64,000 bases of DNA, taken from contig MU058540.1 in assembly GCA_013265495.1 (NCBI GenBank), forward strand, positions 1,017,696 through 1,081,695, read 5' to 3'. The position numbers and the translations under genes were made by a program. The stretch is from Vicugna vicugna (Eukaryota). Shown here one piece after another: positions 1 through 13,460 of the stretch. A model generated the notes under the pieces. It was given only the letters and a program-made list of their open reading frames with translations. It searched no databases and had not been told where the DNA came from. Positions within the stretch are counted from its first letter, which is position 1. Each line of letters opens with the position of its first letter.

Positions 1-629
1 AAAAACGATCACATGCTAATCATGGAACAAATGACTAAAAAAAAAGAAATCCTAATAATTCAGTATCATGCAGAACATAGTCTCTGAGCACAATGGAATG
101 ACATCATTAGTCATTAACAAAATAAATAAATATATAATGTCCATACCTTTGAGAATTTAAAACATACTCTGAAAATAAACCAGGTTTGGGAGTTGGGAGA
201 GTGTGTGGGAATTTAGATGAAAAAAAGATTGGCCATATGTTCCTAATTGCTGCTGGACTCTGCTGATAGAAACCTAGGAGTTCATTATATGTTCTCTTCT
301 CTTTTATATATTTTTTCATAATAAAAAATTTTTTAAATACTCCAAAATAGCTCGTGTCGAACAATTGAAGGTAATTTTTGAATATTTAAAAATAAATATT
401 AGTGGAAATACATCAAAACTTGGGGCGATACAGTAAAAGCATTGAGTAGAAATACATGGCATTAAGCTCTTAAAGAAGGGCTGAAAATTAACACGCTAAC
501 TGTCCAAGTTAGAAAAAGAACAGCCGCAAAAATCCAAGGAAAGAGGCACTCAGGACATGACAGAGAGGAGCAGAAATTAAGAGACAGGAAACAGCATACA
601 AGGGAGAGGACAAGGTCCAAAGCTGGTTC

Positions 630-871
630 TACGACGATACAGAGAACAAACTAGTGGCTACCAGTGGGGAGGGGCAATGTAGAAAGGAGGAAATTAAGAG
701 GTACAAATTATTAGGTATAAAACAAGCTACAAGGGTATATTGTACAACCCAGGGAATATAGCCAATATTTTATAATAACTATAAATGGAGTATAACCTTC
801 AAAAACTGTGAATCACTATACTGCACACATGTAACTTATATAATATGGTATATCAACTATACTCCAATAAA
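630..871 (+). mobile_element. L1 3'UTR fragment
   Basis: gatacagagaacaaactagtggctaccagtgggg...tatcaactatact, typical of a Laurasiatherian L1 3' end. Confidence 0.7.
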
Positions 872-969
872 CGGAGGGTGTAACAGCTCAGTGGTAGAGC
901 ACATGCTTAACATATACAAGGTCCTGGGTTCAATCCCCAGTACCTCCATTAAAAACAAACAAACAAAAC
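872..969 (+). mobile_element. tRNA-derived SINE (Vic-1-like, short form) inserted in an L1 tail
   Basis: A-box agctcagtggtagagc, B-box ggttcaatccc; TSD actccaataaa 861-871 / acttcaataaa 970-980. Confidence 0.8.
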
Positions 970-2089
970 ACTTCAATAAATAAATAAAATTTTCTTAAAG
1001 AGTTGGCTCTGTGAAAAGACCAATTAATTTGGCCAAGAATAAAAGACACTGAAGTCACAGGTAAAGTCACAAGTAAACAATTAGGAAGCCTTACGGCTGA
1101 TGCAGTGGAAAACAAAGGACGAAGTGCAGGCCCCTGTGAAACCTCTGCGGGCCGGAGAGCCCAGGTCAGCTCAGCTGCCCATGATCACTCCACTGGCCCG
1201 GGGCTTCAGCATCAGAACCTCAGCCCCTTACATCCACAGCCCTGAGAGCCAGTGCCGGGCTCACCACTGCCAGGCTCACCACTGCGCTCACCAGGACGGG
1301 TCTGCCCGAGCCCACCTTCCCCACGCCCACTGTCTCCCTGCACGAGTGTCTGACCTGCAGAGCCCCATCACAGCCTGTGCTCTAGTTAGGAGACTAGGGA
1401 AGCACGTGTCTGCCTTCTTCCTTGGACAGACAGCCCTCTCCAAACTTAGGGGGTGTGTCAAAAGATGCTGGAAATGGTTCAGATGATAATTTTTATGTTA
1501 TATGGACTTTTTTTTACCACAATTTAAAAAAATTTTAAACGCTGGAGCAGCCACAAGGCATGTCAAAGGGCCGCTACAGATGGTGTTAGTAGGGACCCTG
1601 AGTCAGAGACAAAGGACTTTATTGCTCAAAGTGCAGCAAGCAGCATGAGTTTCAGGTGTGCATCAGGGAAGGAAGAATGAAGGAAATGGGACAAGTCTTT
1701 TCCCCTAAGGGGTTCTATTTTGTTGCACCAAGACTGTGATGTCCCAGGGGACGTGACTCTGTCCTAGGGCATATGTGAGCTTTCCTTAGGGGTGGGTCTC
1801 CCCCCTGCCAGGCACCTGACAGAAGGAATGCCTTCCTGTATGACTCCTTCCAACACCAGGGCCTCGTGCTGCCAGGGTCCCTTTGCCTGTGGAGGGCTCT
1901 AGGGGGCCCTGTGTCCACTTTCGGTAAACACACATCTTTGCCAAATGGCGGAGGGCAGGCTGCCTCTTCTCTCTACTTGCTGTCCTTCAACTTTTTCTCT
2001 TCCTACACAAATTAATCAGGAAAGTCAACATCCAAATTATAGGAAGTGTAAAGGACAGGGCAGAAAAAAACAGAAAATAGGAGGATGGA

Positions 2090-3430
2090 AATTATTCAAT
2101 CACAATAGCCAAAAAGTGGAAACAATTCACATGTCCAACAACTGATAAAGGGACAAATAAAACATGGTATATCCATATAATGGAATATTATTCAGCCATA
2201 AGACGAAATGAAATATTGATACACGCTACAATATGAATGAATCTTTAAAAGGGTTCTGAGCATAATTTCCAACGTGTTGGGGTGGGAAGTCCCCCACATC
2301 ACCAAGGACATTTCTCCAACAGCAGCTGGGTATCCTATTATAACTCAATTCTGACACCACGTACCTGGAGACAGCATCAGATTCACCAGGTCGAGGGCTC
2401 ATCCTCAAAATTTCCCCCACTCCCAGCTTCAGACCGACCCGCTGTAAATCAGAGGTTCCCACAACCCTCTCCTTGGGTTTGATTAATTTGCTAGAGCAAG
2501 GAGGGAGTAGTAGAGTGCATGCCTAGCATGCATGAGGTCCTGCGTTCAGTCCCCAGTACTACCACCATTAAAATAAATAAATAAACCTAATTACCTCCCC
2601 TAACCCAAAAAATTTTCTAGAGCAGTTCAAAAAATTCAGGAAACCCATTTACTCACTAGATTATCAGTTTATTGCAAAGGATATTAAAGGATACGAATCC
2701 ACAGCCAGATGAGGAAATACATAGAGCAGGGGACTTGGGAAAAGAAGCGAAACCCTCATGTCCTCACCCCTCTCCCCAAATCTCCACACGTTCTCCAACC
2801 TGGAAGCTCTTCGAACCCTGTCCTTTAGGGTTTTTAAGGCTTCATTACAGAGGCATGAGTCCCTAAATCATTGGCCATTGGTGACTGAACTCAATCTCCA
2901 GCCCCTCTCTCCTCCCCAAGGTGGGGAAGGGGCAGGACGGAATGTTCTAACCCTCCAATCACATGGTGGTTCTCCTGACAACCAGCCCCCATTCTTAGGT
3001 GGGGTCCAAAAGTCACCTCATTAACAGCAAAAGACACCTTTATCGCTCTCACCACTTAGGAAATTCCAAGGGTTTTCGGAGATCTGTGCCACAGATGGGA
3101 GACCAAATATATATTTCTTAGCATAAATCACAATACCACAACCTTGAAAACATTATACTATGTGAAAGAGGCCAGACACAAAAGATCACATATTATATGG
3201 TCCCATTTACTTGAAATGTCCAGAATAAGCAAATCCATAGAAATACAGAAAGTAGATTAGTGATTGCCTAGGGGTGAGGGAAATGGAGAGATAAAGGAGG
3301 GGTAAAAGGTGTAGGGCTTCTTTTTCAGAGTAATGAAAATTGATTGTGGTGATTATTGCACAACTCTGTGAATATCTAAAAGTCATCGAATTATACGCTT
3401 TAAGTGGGTGAATTGTATATTTCAATAAAG
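2090..3430 (+). mobile_element. Nested repeats: old L1 3' region interrupted by a MER21-like LTR (~2270-3140), itself interrupted by a SINE
   Basis: L1 motifs (aatggaatattattcagccataa; ccagaataagcaaatccatagaaa) flank LTR motifs (taaatcattggccattggtgactgaactcaatctccagcccc). Confidence 0.65.
2499..2610 (+). mobile_element. tRNA-derived SINE (long form)
   Basis: SINE body plus tail ataaacctaattacctcccc; TSD aatttgctagagca 2485-2498 / aattttctagagca 2611-2624. Confidence 0.78.
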
Positions 3431-5398
3431 CTGTTTGTTTGGTTTTTTTTTTTAAACAAGCATTAAGAACATCTCTCTGATCTGAAGAATGTGCGTTTCC
3501 AAGCTAAAAGGGCCCAACAGGTGCCAATACAACGGATAAAAATAAATCCTCACCAGAGCCCAACATCATGAAATTTCAGACACAGATATTCTACCAGCTT
3601 CCAAAGAAGAAAAAATAGGCCACATTTTTTCCTAAAAAAGGTCAGAAACTAGAATGGCTTCCAGCTGATCAACAGCAACATTGAAAGCAAGAAGACAGTG
3701 CATCCTGGCTTCAGCATTCTGAACGAAAGTGATTCCCAGCCCAGAATTCCATAGCGAGCCACACTAGCAAGCAAGTGTGAGGGTCCAGGCTTCTGCGGCC
3801 CTGCCTTGTCTTGAAAGGTTTCCCCCATCCCAGCCCTTCTCAGAAAGCGGGGGATGCGTTCCATCAGTAGGACGACCTGGGGTACAGTAAAGAGGGTCCC
3901 CCAAGCAGAGGGGAAGAGACTCCGGGAAAGGTGGAGTAAAGAGAGTCCAGGGTCACAGCGGGGCACTGGGCAGAGGGCAGCCAGACCACAGTGAGATGCC
4001 TCTGCTGTCTTTTAAAATAAATAAAATAGAGTCTATATGTTCCTAGATAAGAGAACAAATGCTGATTCTATATAGAAGAGATGCTGTGCTCAAAAAGGCA
4101 GCCTGGCGCAACTCCCGCCTGCTCTCCATCACCTGCTGGTGAGGTTCCTCTCGGCCCTCGAGCCCAGCTACCCGGGTCAGCTGGGACCCTTATGCTTTGA
4201 CCTCCTGCAAGTCAGAGATTCAGGGAAGCCTGCTGCCCTCCCCATTCCTGCTGGACACCCAGATGCAGGCCTCCCCATGGACCTGCAGGGAGCCCCAAGT
4301 TTTCAGGACTCATTCATGATCTTACTCACCAACCTTCAGAAGGGGTTCTTGTCCTCTCAGGAAAGCTGCAGGACGACTGTGGCCAGACGCTCTGTTCGTT
4401 TGACCCTCCTGGGGCCTTCATCTGATCTCCTTCACAGCTGAGCTTGGGCTTCCTCCTTTTTTCATTCATTTATATGCAAATCCCGCCTGATAAAATTTTT
4501 TAAGTTTTTCTTTGGGTTGAGGAGAAAACAGAGTGGAGAGAAGAGTGTGCCCAAAAGCCATGAAGTCACAGAAGCCAGCGTGCAGTGAATACAGGTGAAT
4601 GCTACTAAAGTGGAAAGAAGGCAAGAAGTTGCAAGAAGTCACTCCAGCGAGGTGGGCTAGAGGCCCCTGGACCATGGGAGCCTGCAGAGCAGGCTGAGGG
4701 CTGGGACTTTAGCCAGCAAACCAATAGATGCCCACACCCTCTCCTGAAGTTCATTCCCAGACCCTCCAGTGGGGACCAGAGCAACCCTGGACATTGCTGG
4801 TGAGAGCCCCAGGGCAACTGCTGTCCCGCTGCCCTTGGCTGCCTGGCCTGGAGGTGTCTCAGGGCAATGACCAGACACTACATTGCTGACGCCTAAGCTA
4901 CCTCAAAGCCAGAGGGTCCAAGGGTGACCAGGGCTGGCCAAGGAAGCTTGTCTCTGTTCCCCATCACACTCGGGGTTCCCAGTCCTGGACATGTGACAGA
5001 GTCTGGGCTGTGGCCCCAGCTCTATCTGTCCTCAGTAATCAGGAGAGAGTGGACAATGCCATTGAAACGCGAGATTACCTCACCGGGCCACAGATGAACA
5101 TCTGGAAAAGTTGTGGGATTCAACCGTGGTAAACTGAGCCATAATGTGGATAGTGGAGTGTTTTTTTCTCCTGAGCTTGCACTCCGGCCTCCCTAGACCA
5201 GTTTACCCCTCAGTGCTTCCTTTCCCACCTTTCCTGCTTGCCACAGGCCTCAGGGGCCCTTGGTTTTCCCTCAAAAGACAGGAACAAGGGTTGGGGATTC
5301 ATCACAGTGTCACAGCGCAAGAGCCCAAACTGGCCCAACACCAGCCGAGGTGCCAGCCGCCACCGCAGCCGCCCCGGCAGCCCTTTTCAGGGAGGCGT

Positions 5399-5431
5399 GG
5401 CAATACCGAACACAACCACGAGGTGGCGCTA
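5399..5431 (+). promoter_or_regulatory. CTCF site with core and upstream module, in a CpG-rich patch
   Basis: GGCAATACC-GAACA-CAA-CCACGAGGTGGCGCTA; the core closely fits CCASYAGRKGGCRS. Confidence 0.65.
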
Positions 5432-6538
5432 GGAAACAGCCCGAGACGCCCAAACCGAGACCCATGCGGGCTACATTTTTCTTTCTCTCTCCGAGTCGCC
5501 TATGCAGCAAGCCAATCCCCATTCAGTCCCCCTCCCGCCCCAGAGCCCTAGTTCATAAGGGAGTGGGCTGGTGGGCAGCTGGCCAGAAAGGAGTGGGGAA
5601 AGCTGTGCGGCCGCCAGGACATCCTCGTGGAAGGAGCCTCGGGACAGCTTCGATCCAGGGCAACCAGGAGGCGGGACTGCACCAGCATTATCGGGGGTCC
5701 TGGCGGTGCCCCCCATCAGGTATGAGGCGCTCCCTCCCTTCAAGGCCCACTGGGGTCAACCCTGCTCCCCTAAACTGTAAAAGGGAGGGGCCGGGGCCGG
5801 GAAGAGAACATGGAGGAGAAAGAGAAGATATTGCCTCTGGCAGAGCACCTCCCATGCCCAGCTCTGCCTGTGTCCAGCCCTAGGCCAGCCTTAAGTCAGT
5901 ATTTCTAACCCATATGGGGATGGTCCTGTTCTGTGACTTGCCCAAGCTTCACAGCTCATGGTGGTAGGAGGGTGGTGGGAGCTTGCTGTCATTGGAACTC
6001 ATGTCTGCCACCCCCACCCTCCCAGGCCTCCCTGTCCACACCTGGGCACCTCAACACCCACGGAAGGGCACAGGTGCAGAGCTTGATTAGGAGTCAGCCC
6101 AGGCACCTGGGACGTGCCTGAGCAAGCTGGGTCCTAAGGACAAGCTCCCCACCCTCACCCAACCCTGCCCGTGAACTGGAGCCACCTCCCCTCCTACGCC
6201 ATACCCCCTGTTCCGGATCGATCTGAGGCTTTGGAACCCCTGCAAACCTAGATTAAAACTGCTTCTGCACTTACTGGCTCTGTGATCTTGGGCAAGTCAT
6301 CCAGCATTTCTGGGTCTCACTTTCCTCATCTGTAAAATGAGCATGTTCACTCCTACCCTGGAGAAACCATGCAGTTGAAAGAAAATTCCTGGTGGCTAGT
6401 AAGTGGATGATCAATAAACTCTGGTTATTGAATATTTACTGACCCCCGTTTTGTGCCAGGTCCTCTGCTGGGGCTCAAGGGACCCCAGAGATGAACGAGA
6501 TGTGACTGCTGACTGGGGTAAATAAAATTCATGCTTCA

Positions 6539-6721
6539 TAGATAAACAAGATTATATTGTATAGCACAGGGAAATATATACAAGATCTTATGATAGCTCA
6601 CAGAGAAAAAAAGTGACAATGAACATATATATGTTCATGTACAACTGAAAAATTGTGCTCTACACTGGAATTTGACACAACATTGTAAAATGATTATAAA
6701 ATCAATAAAAAATGTTAAAAA
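6539..6721 (+). mobile_element. 5'-truncated, relatively young L1 3' end
   Basis: A-rich tail; 19-bp TSD aaataaaat(t/c)catgcttca at 6520-6538 and 6722-6740. Confidence 0.8.
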
Positions 6722-7034
6722 AAATAAAATCCATGCTTCAAAATTCAGGCAGCATTTTGCTGATGTTAAATGTGGAGGCATTCAAATGTTTATATATTTC
6801 AGAGTATAGATGTGCTGCAGATAATAGGGATTACAGCCACCCTTTATTCAGTACACACTGTGTGCCAGGTTCTTCACCTGCATTTATTCAACTGCGGGCC
6901 TCTGTAGTGGGTGTCAGGTACTCCGCCACGAGCTGGGTAAGGCAGTGACAGTCTAATGGGGCACAGATGACAAAAAGTCATAACACAGATACACTCATAA
7001 TTGAGGCACAAGTCTCAGAGGGACATGTGCAGAG

Positions 7035-8010
7035 CAGGGGGCGTGTTCTGAGGGTGGTGGTGGGAGCATGCGCCCTGATGCAGGCAAGAGGGGGTGTTGT
7101 CAGTAACAAACTAAAACAATAAGAAACCACTAAAAGTCAGTCTGCTTTTTATTATCACTACGTACCAGTAATTCTAAACAAAGTCCTCCCCGCAAAATGG
7201 TTTAAAATCTCAACCGTTGTTTCAGTTACTGTTGACTTTTAATAATATATATGTAAGTTTCAAATTAGCACATTTTTATTACTTATCCTTTAAGGAGCAT
7301 TGTATTCTGTTTGGAAGTTACTTGGGAGAATTCCCAGTCATTTAGCCACACCCAATGCTCAGGAACCCAGCTACCCATGGTCATGTGGATGCAGAATTGT
7401 TCATGTTCACTTCAGGGGAAAGTTGTGTCTGGAATCCCTGTTGTACTGTCCTTCATTTAAACAGTAAGTTTGAAATAAACATTGGTAGCAGAGTTCTATG
7501 TGATCATTTGGAACTTTTATTTGTTTAAAATTTTTCAACTGAGAAAAAGGTATTTGAAAGCTGCTAGAATCAATCCCGAAGAAACTGCAGTTTCTGGAAC
7601 TTATTGTGAAATGGATTTTTTCTGAAGTTTTGCCAAACTTATCCTTATATGTAAGTCTTTCCCTAACTATCTGTTTATCTATTGCTTCATGTGAGAAAAA
7701 AAAATTCCCAAATAAAAATTAGTAAAAAATATTCTTTGGTCAATTATGATCGAAGATAAATTGACAAATATGCCTAAGCTATTTCTTGAACACAAATATG
7801 CAAAGATAATTTTGACAAGTCATTGACAAATTTACAAAAGACTGCAAAACAAAATAGTATTACTCATTACTGCAATGAATGTAGGTATACAATTTTCTTT
7901 TTTGTCAAAAATATGTATTAATGTAATTAAAAAGTATTAATCCATTACTTTTTTTTGGTACTATTTGTTTTATTTTATTTTTTACCATGATGATTATATT
8001 TTTAAAAAAC
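7035..8010 (+). mobile_element. hAT DNA transposon remnant (Zaphod/Tip100-like) with a decayed transposase C-terminus
   Basis: From 7621 translates SEVLPNLSLYVSLSLTICLSIASCEK, then IMIEDKLTNMPKLFLEHKYA, resembling the hAT dimerisation domain; starts with cagggggcgtg. Confidence 0.65.
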
Positions 8011-8382
8011 AACAACTATCTGATCTGGTAATTGAATACCTAGTTATGCCACCACAGTCAGGGAAGGCTTCCATGAGTGACATCCCAGCTGAGATTTGAA
8101 GGATGAGATGGAGATGGCCAGGAAACTGTTATCCAGGCAGAGAGGAGAGCACATGCAAAGGCCCTGAGTCAGGGCAGAACAGGAGAATCTCAACAGCAGC
8201 ATTATGGCTAGAGTGGTGTGGGAAAGGGGAAGGGCCACAAGCTGAGACTCCAGAAGGCAGCAGGAGCAATGTGATTGGGGTGGGATTTCGTTCAACTGTG
8301 AGAAAACCCAGAAGTAGTGACTAACACTTGATCAGAGTTTATTTCTGTTTCCCATAAGAAAGGCCCAAATGTAGGCAGGTGT

Positions 8383-8587
8383 GTGCATAAGTGTCAGGGA
8401 CCAGACTCATTCTGTCTTGTTGCTCCACCAGCCTCAGCAGTGGCTTTCTCCTCATAGCCCAAGATGGCTGCCTGAATGTCAGCCATCATGTCTGCATTCA
8501 TATCAGGAGGAAAGAGGAAGGAAGCCCCACCCAGCCACGAGTAAGAACACAACACCTGCTTGCATCCAATTGGCCAGATTTAATCTC
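8383..8587. repeat. 205-bp segment (part of an MLT1-like LTR) duplicated at 9409-9613
   Basis: Offset 1026; one mismatch seen by eye (C8412 vs T9438). Confidence 0.92.
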
Positions 8588-9527
8588 ACGGCCCCAGCTA
8601 GCTAGAAGGGAGGCTGGAATACGCAGTCTTTATTTAAATGCTCTTGTGCCCAGGTACAAATAGGGGTTGTCTTTCTAAAGAAGAAAATAATAGTGGGGGA
8701 GGGGCTAGAGCCTCTGTCACACTAGACAAGAATTTGGTCTTTATCCTAAAAATAATGGCAAGCCATTGAAGGTTTTAAGAACAAGAATGATGTGATCATA
8801 CCTCCACTTTAAGATGGTAAGGAATGGCTGGGGCAAGCTGAGGTGGCCTGAGGAGGAGGAGGCTCCAGCAATGATTCAAGCATGGGGTTACAGAGGTGGA
8901 GTAAATGTGAATAAAGTAGAGGAAGGTACCAAAGAGGTCAAGATCACTACCGGCAGGTGGGACAGTTACTGAGATTGGCCAGAATGCAAGAAAAGCAAGT
9001 TCGTGGGTGACATCATGAATTCAATTTTGAACTCATGATGTTGGAAGTGCCTGTAAGACACCCAAATGGGGGTGTTGGCAGGTAGTTGGATATACAAGTC
9101 CAAAGCACAAAGAGTGGTCCCAAAGGCAGACAGGAGTGAGGGGTTCATGGTAAGGAGATGCTATTTGATGCCACGGGCCAGATGGACACACACATGTACA
9201 AGTGAGAAGGCTCGGCCTGGGACTCTGGCAGTGATAGGCTGGGAAGAGAAGGCAGAGAAGGAGACAGAAAGAGAGACCAGGGATCAAATGAACAATAAGA
9301 GGGAGAGGATTCAAGGAAGTCACAGGGACTAAGTGAGAAGAAAGAAGCCTTCTGGCCAAACCTGACCTGTACTGATGCAGAGGCGGGAAAATGATGGGAA
9401 AACCTGAAGTGCATAAGTGTCAGGGACCAGACTCATTTTGTCTTGTTGCTCCACCAGCCTCAGCAGTGGCTTTCTCCTCATAGCCCAAGATGGCTGCCTG
9501 AATGTCAGCCATCATGTCTGCATTCAT

Positions 9528-10328
9528 ATCAGGAGGAAAGAGGAAGGAAGCCCCACCCAGCCACGAGTAAGAACACAACACCTGCTTGCATCCAATTGGC
9601 CAGATTTAATCTCTGGATTAATCTGGGGAGACCTGGGGTCTATACCTGGCCTTGACATTCCCTCTCTGGAACTCAATTCCTCATCTGTAAAATGGGGCCA
9701 AGGCACCAACCCTACTGTGTAGGCACCATTGTTGCTTCTCCAACACCTTTCCTCCTGACTCCCTAACAGAAGCCCAGTTTTACTGGAGTAACTATGGCAG
9801 AGGTTGCCAATTGCCCCAATATCCATTCTCCCTTCTCTGTAGAAATGGAAATTTCAGCTAAGCACACAACTGTCTGGCTAAAGACTACACTTCCCAGCCT
9901 CCATTGCAGTGAGGTATGGTTACTGACAATCAGGAGGAAAGAGGAAGGAAGCCCCACCCAGCCACGAGTAAGAACACAACACCTGCTTGCATCCAATTGG
10001 CCAGATTTAATCTCTGGATTAATCTGGGGAGACCTGGGGTCTATACCTGGCCTTGACATTCCCTCTCTGGAACTCAATTCCTCATCTGTAAAATGGGGCC
10101 AAGGCACCAACCCTACTGTGTAGGCACCATTGTTGCTTCTCCAACACCTTTCCTCCTGACTCCCTAACAGAAGCCCAGTTTTACTGGAGTAACTATGGCA
10201 GAGGTTGCCAATTGCCCCAATATCCATTCTCCCTTCTCTGTAGAAATGGAAATTTCAGCTAAGCACACAACTGTCTGGCTAAAGACTACACTTCCCAGCC
10301 TCCATTGCAGTGAGGTATGGTTACTGAC
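9528..10328. repeat. Direct tandem duplication of 400 bp (9528-9927 and 9929-10328)
   Basis: Period 401; copies look identical by eye; the ORF track repeats the same peptides with offset 401. Confidence 0.93.
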
Positions 10329-13218
10329 TGCATGAGTTGTGTTACAGGAGAACCCTGAGCTTAGGAATCCTTTAAAATAGGAACTAAACAAACCTGCCCT
10401 TTTATCTGAAGGAAAACACTATTTCTTAAGGTTGTTCACTACACAAACCTCCTTGAGAGACATGGAGAAATACAAGAGGCCCATGGAGAACTGTCTCCCA
10501 ATATTGCACTAATATTGGATTTTGAATGAGCAACGGTGTAATTATGGCCACTGAGACATGAAGATGAATTGTTCGTGGCTTCCTGGAAAGTTCTCTTCTT
10601 TCATTGTATGTTTGTTATATTTAGATGTGATGCTTGGTGACAGGCAGCCATCTTGTGACCATGAGGAAAAACATGATTGACCCCCTGACAATGGCAGAGA
10701 GATGAAGGTTAAAAACAATCTCAGTCATTCATAATGCTGTTGAACCACTCAAAAACCAGCACTGGAACCACTACACCTCTGGTCACCTTGTTACAAGAAA
10801 ACAGAAATTTCCTCCTTGCTGAAGCCATTTGAATAAGATGTCAGGTTGAGGTATCTTGAATCTTGCTGCAGTGCAGCACACCTCTCTCCCTCTTAGAAGT
10901 GTTGTGAAACCACCCAGTGCAAAAGCTCAAGTGTGAGAGACAGAGCTGACCTGATCCAGGGGATGGGGTGATACAGCTCAGTTAGGAGTTGCCTTATCTA
11001 AAAGCATGGAGAAGTGTCCCTTGCCTCCCTAACAGCAGAGGACTGGACCAGTTGGCTTAGTGGTGTCCCTTCCAGCTCTGAGCTCTATGGCTGTGTGATG
11101 CCATCTCACCCCCCACAGCACAGCTGCTACTACATTCCATGGGAGTAGGCATGAGGGAGGGACCCCTGTATTTCTGCTGGGGAGGTACATGGGGGAGAAT
11201 GTTGGAGGCAGGAGCCATTTCCCCTCAAAATGCCCATGGGAGCTTATTCTGCCTCACACTCCTCACCCAGGGAAGCCCCAGCAGGGCCCTGAGGACAGCC
11301 CTCAGGAGAAGTTATGACAAAGGGAGGCTGTACAACCTTGGGGGGAAGGGTTACTCACAGGGGAGTGAATCTGGACCACCTAGGGTGGCTTGGGGGGTGG
11401 GAGGGATCCTGAGGAGGAGCAAAGCCAGGTGACACACTCAGTGGTTTCACAGTGTAGCTCAGGGCTATGGGTGACAGATGGTTTGTCAGATCAGTTCATC
11501 AGGACTAATGGGCTGCTCTGTTACCTGCCCACGGAAAATGCTGGTGCAGATCCGAACGGGAGCTTTCCGAAGACACTGATTTTCAAGCCAAATATGATTC
11601 TAACGGGGAAATTTCAGGTACCTTGAACAAGCTGGTGGAGCGTATTTGGGGGAAAGGCAGTGATCATATTACCCTTCAAATCCTCAAATGACCCTTCTTC
11701 CAATTCAATTTTAAAGTAACTACTGCGCACCTAGAGTGTGCGGATGAAAAAGCTACAACTGCTGCCCACCACTTGCTTGACATCCTGGAGGGGGCAGGGG
11801 ACACAACTATCCTCTTGGCTCAGGCTCACTCCCTGCATCAGCCCTTCCACAGCACCCCCTCCCCACCCTGCCATCCCTTGCACCCTTCTGCTCCCTGTCA
11901 GCCAGCCCCCAGAGTCCCTCTGTCTCAGTGGAGTTAGCCACCCCACCATCGAAACAGTTCCTGTGTGGATCTCCCCCCACTACCCAGGCTGTGCCCAGCA
12001 CGATGCCAGGCAGAAGGAACAGGGCGGGGGGTGTGTCCTGAAAAGCACTGAGGAGGGTGAGGCTGGTGTGGGAGCTCCCACCAGGAAAGGCTTGGATAAA
12101 AGAGGAACAGAAGGAAGGGGCTGGGAGGTGACATGTCAGGTGGAGGGAACAAGGGTGCAAGGAGACAGAGACCAGGCCCTGGGGGCTGGGCTAAAATTCA
12201 GCTGGCCAGGCTAGATGGAGGAGGCTTTGAATGGCTTCAGTGCCGCAGCAGGGGGAAGCCCCTGGAGAATTCTGAGCAGAGAGATTAATTCTCATAAATC
12301 TTGATTTGAACAATCACAATGTGCCAGGGACTAGCTTCGGTGTTTTACACGTATTTCCTTTTTCAATCCTCACAACAATGCTATAAGATGGATATTAGCA
12401 TCCCATTTGATGGCAGAGGACACTGAGTCGCCACAACTACGTGGCAAAGCTGGGACTTCAATCGCTGTCTCTTCTGGCCCTGGACCCACCATGAGTTAAC
12501 ATTTAGTGAGCACCTGCTGAGGCCATGTGTAGATGGCACATCTCTTAATCATCCCAACTGCCCTTCCTGGAACTTATTAGAGGCCACCACTATGCTACAC
12601 CCTCTTCCCCCTTTACCCCAAGAAGTGGCGTCAATCTTTACTCATGTAAAGCTTTCAACACCAGGCAGGCACAGGGCAGCCCCCGCCCCGAGCACGAGTC
12701 AGCAGCCCTGTGAGCGAGCCACTTGGAAATGGCTCCTTCCGCCCCATCAAGCCTTCAGGCGACCCCAGCCCTGATCAGCATCTTAACTGCAATCTCATGA
12801 CAAACCGCAAGCTAGAACAACCCACCTAGGCAGCTCTCAGACCCCTAACTCCTTCTTGCTAAGTTTTGGAGTGACTTTTTACTCATCAATAGATAACTCA
12901 TGCAGACTCCATTCAGGGGCCAGGCCCTCCTAGCCATGTGACTGTGGGCATTTTTACCTTGCTAACCATATGTTTTCTCCAGCTCAAACCTTCTGCTCAA
13001 CTCCTGACCAATGCAATGAGTAGCCCCCTTTAAATGGTCCCTCCCTCAGGCATGGGAACGCGGCATGTCCTAGACACCTAGACAAATGTCTCTTACATCA
13101 CTTCCCACCATGGTTCAGGCCTTCATCATCTCTCCCTTCAGTTACTGAAACAGTCTTCTCACTGATTCTCCTGTCCTGTATAAGGCTGCATATAACAAAA
13201 TTCCAAACTACCAATGGG

Positions 13219-13460
13219 ACAGGTGAAATAGGTGAAGAGGATTAAAAGGTACAAATTTCCAGCTATAAAATAAATAAATCACTGAGATGTAATGTACAGC
13301 ATAGGGAGTATAGTCAATAATATTGTAACAACACTGTATGATGACAGATGGTAACTAGACTTCTCTTGGTGATCATTTTGTAATATACAAAAATATCAAA
13401 TCACTATGTTGTACACCAAAAACTAATATTGTATATCAATTATAATTCAATTTAAAAAGA
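13219..13460 (+). mobile_element. L1 3' end inserted in an MLT1-like LTR (~13180-13875)
   Basis: L1 3'UTR motifs; perfect TSD taccaatggg at 13209-13218 and 13461-13470. Confidence 0.75.

Noticed and set aside
5144..5883. Cluster of 135-207 aa ORFs
   Set aside because: A GC-rich patch with overlapping ORFs in several frames and no recognisable product; better explained as a regulatory element.
8381..10391. Repeated peptides in the ORF track suggesting a small gene family or CRISPR-like array
   Set aside because: Explained by DNA duplication of MLT1/MIR-derived sequence; there are no unique spacers and no coding signature.
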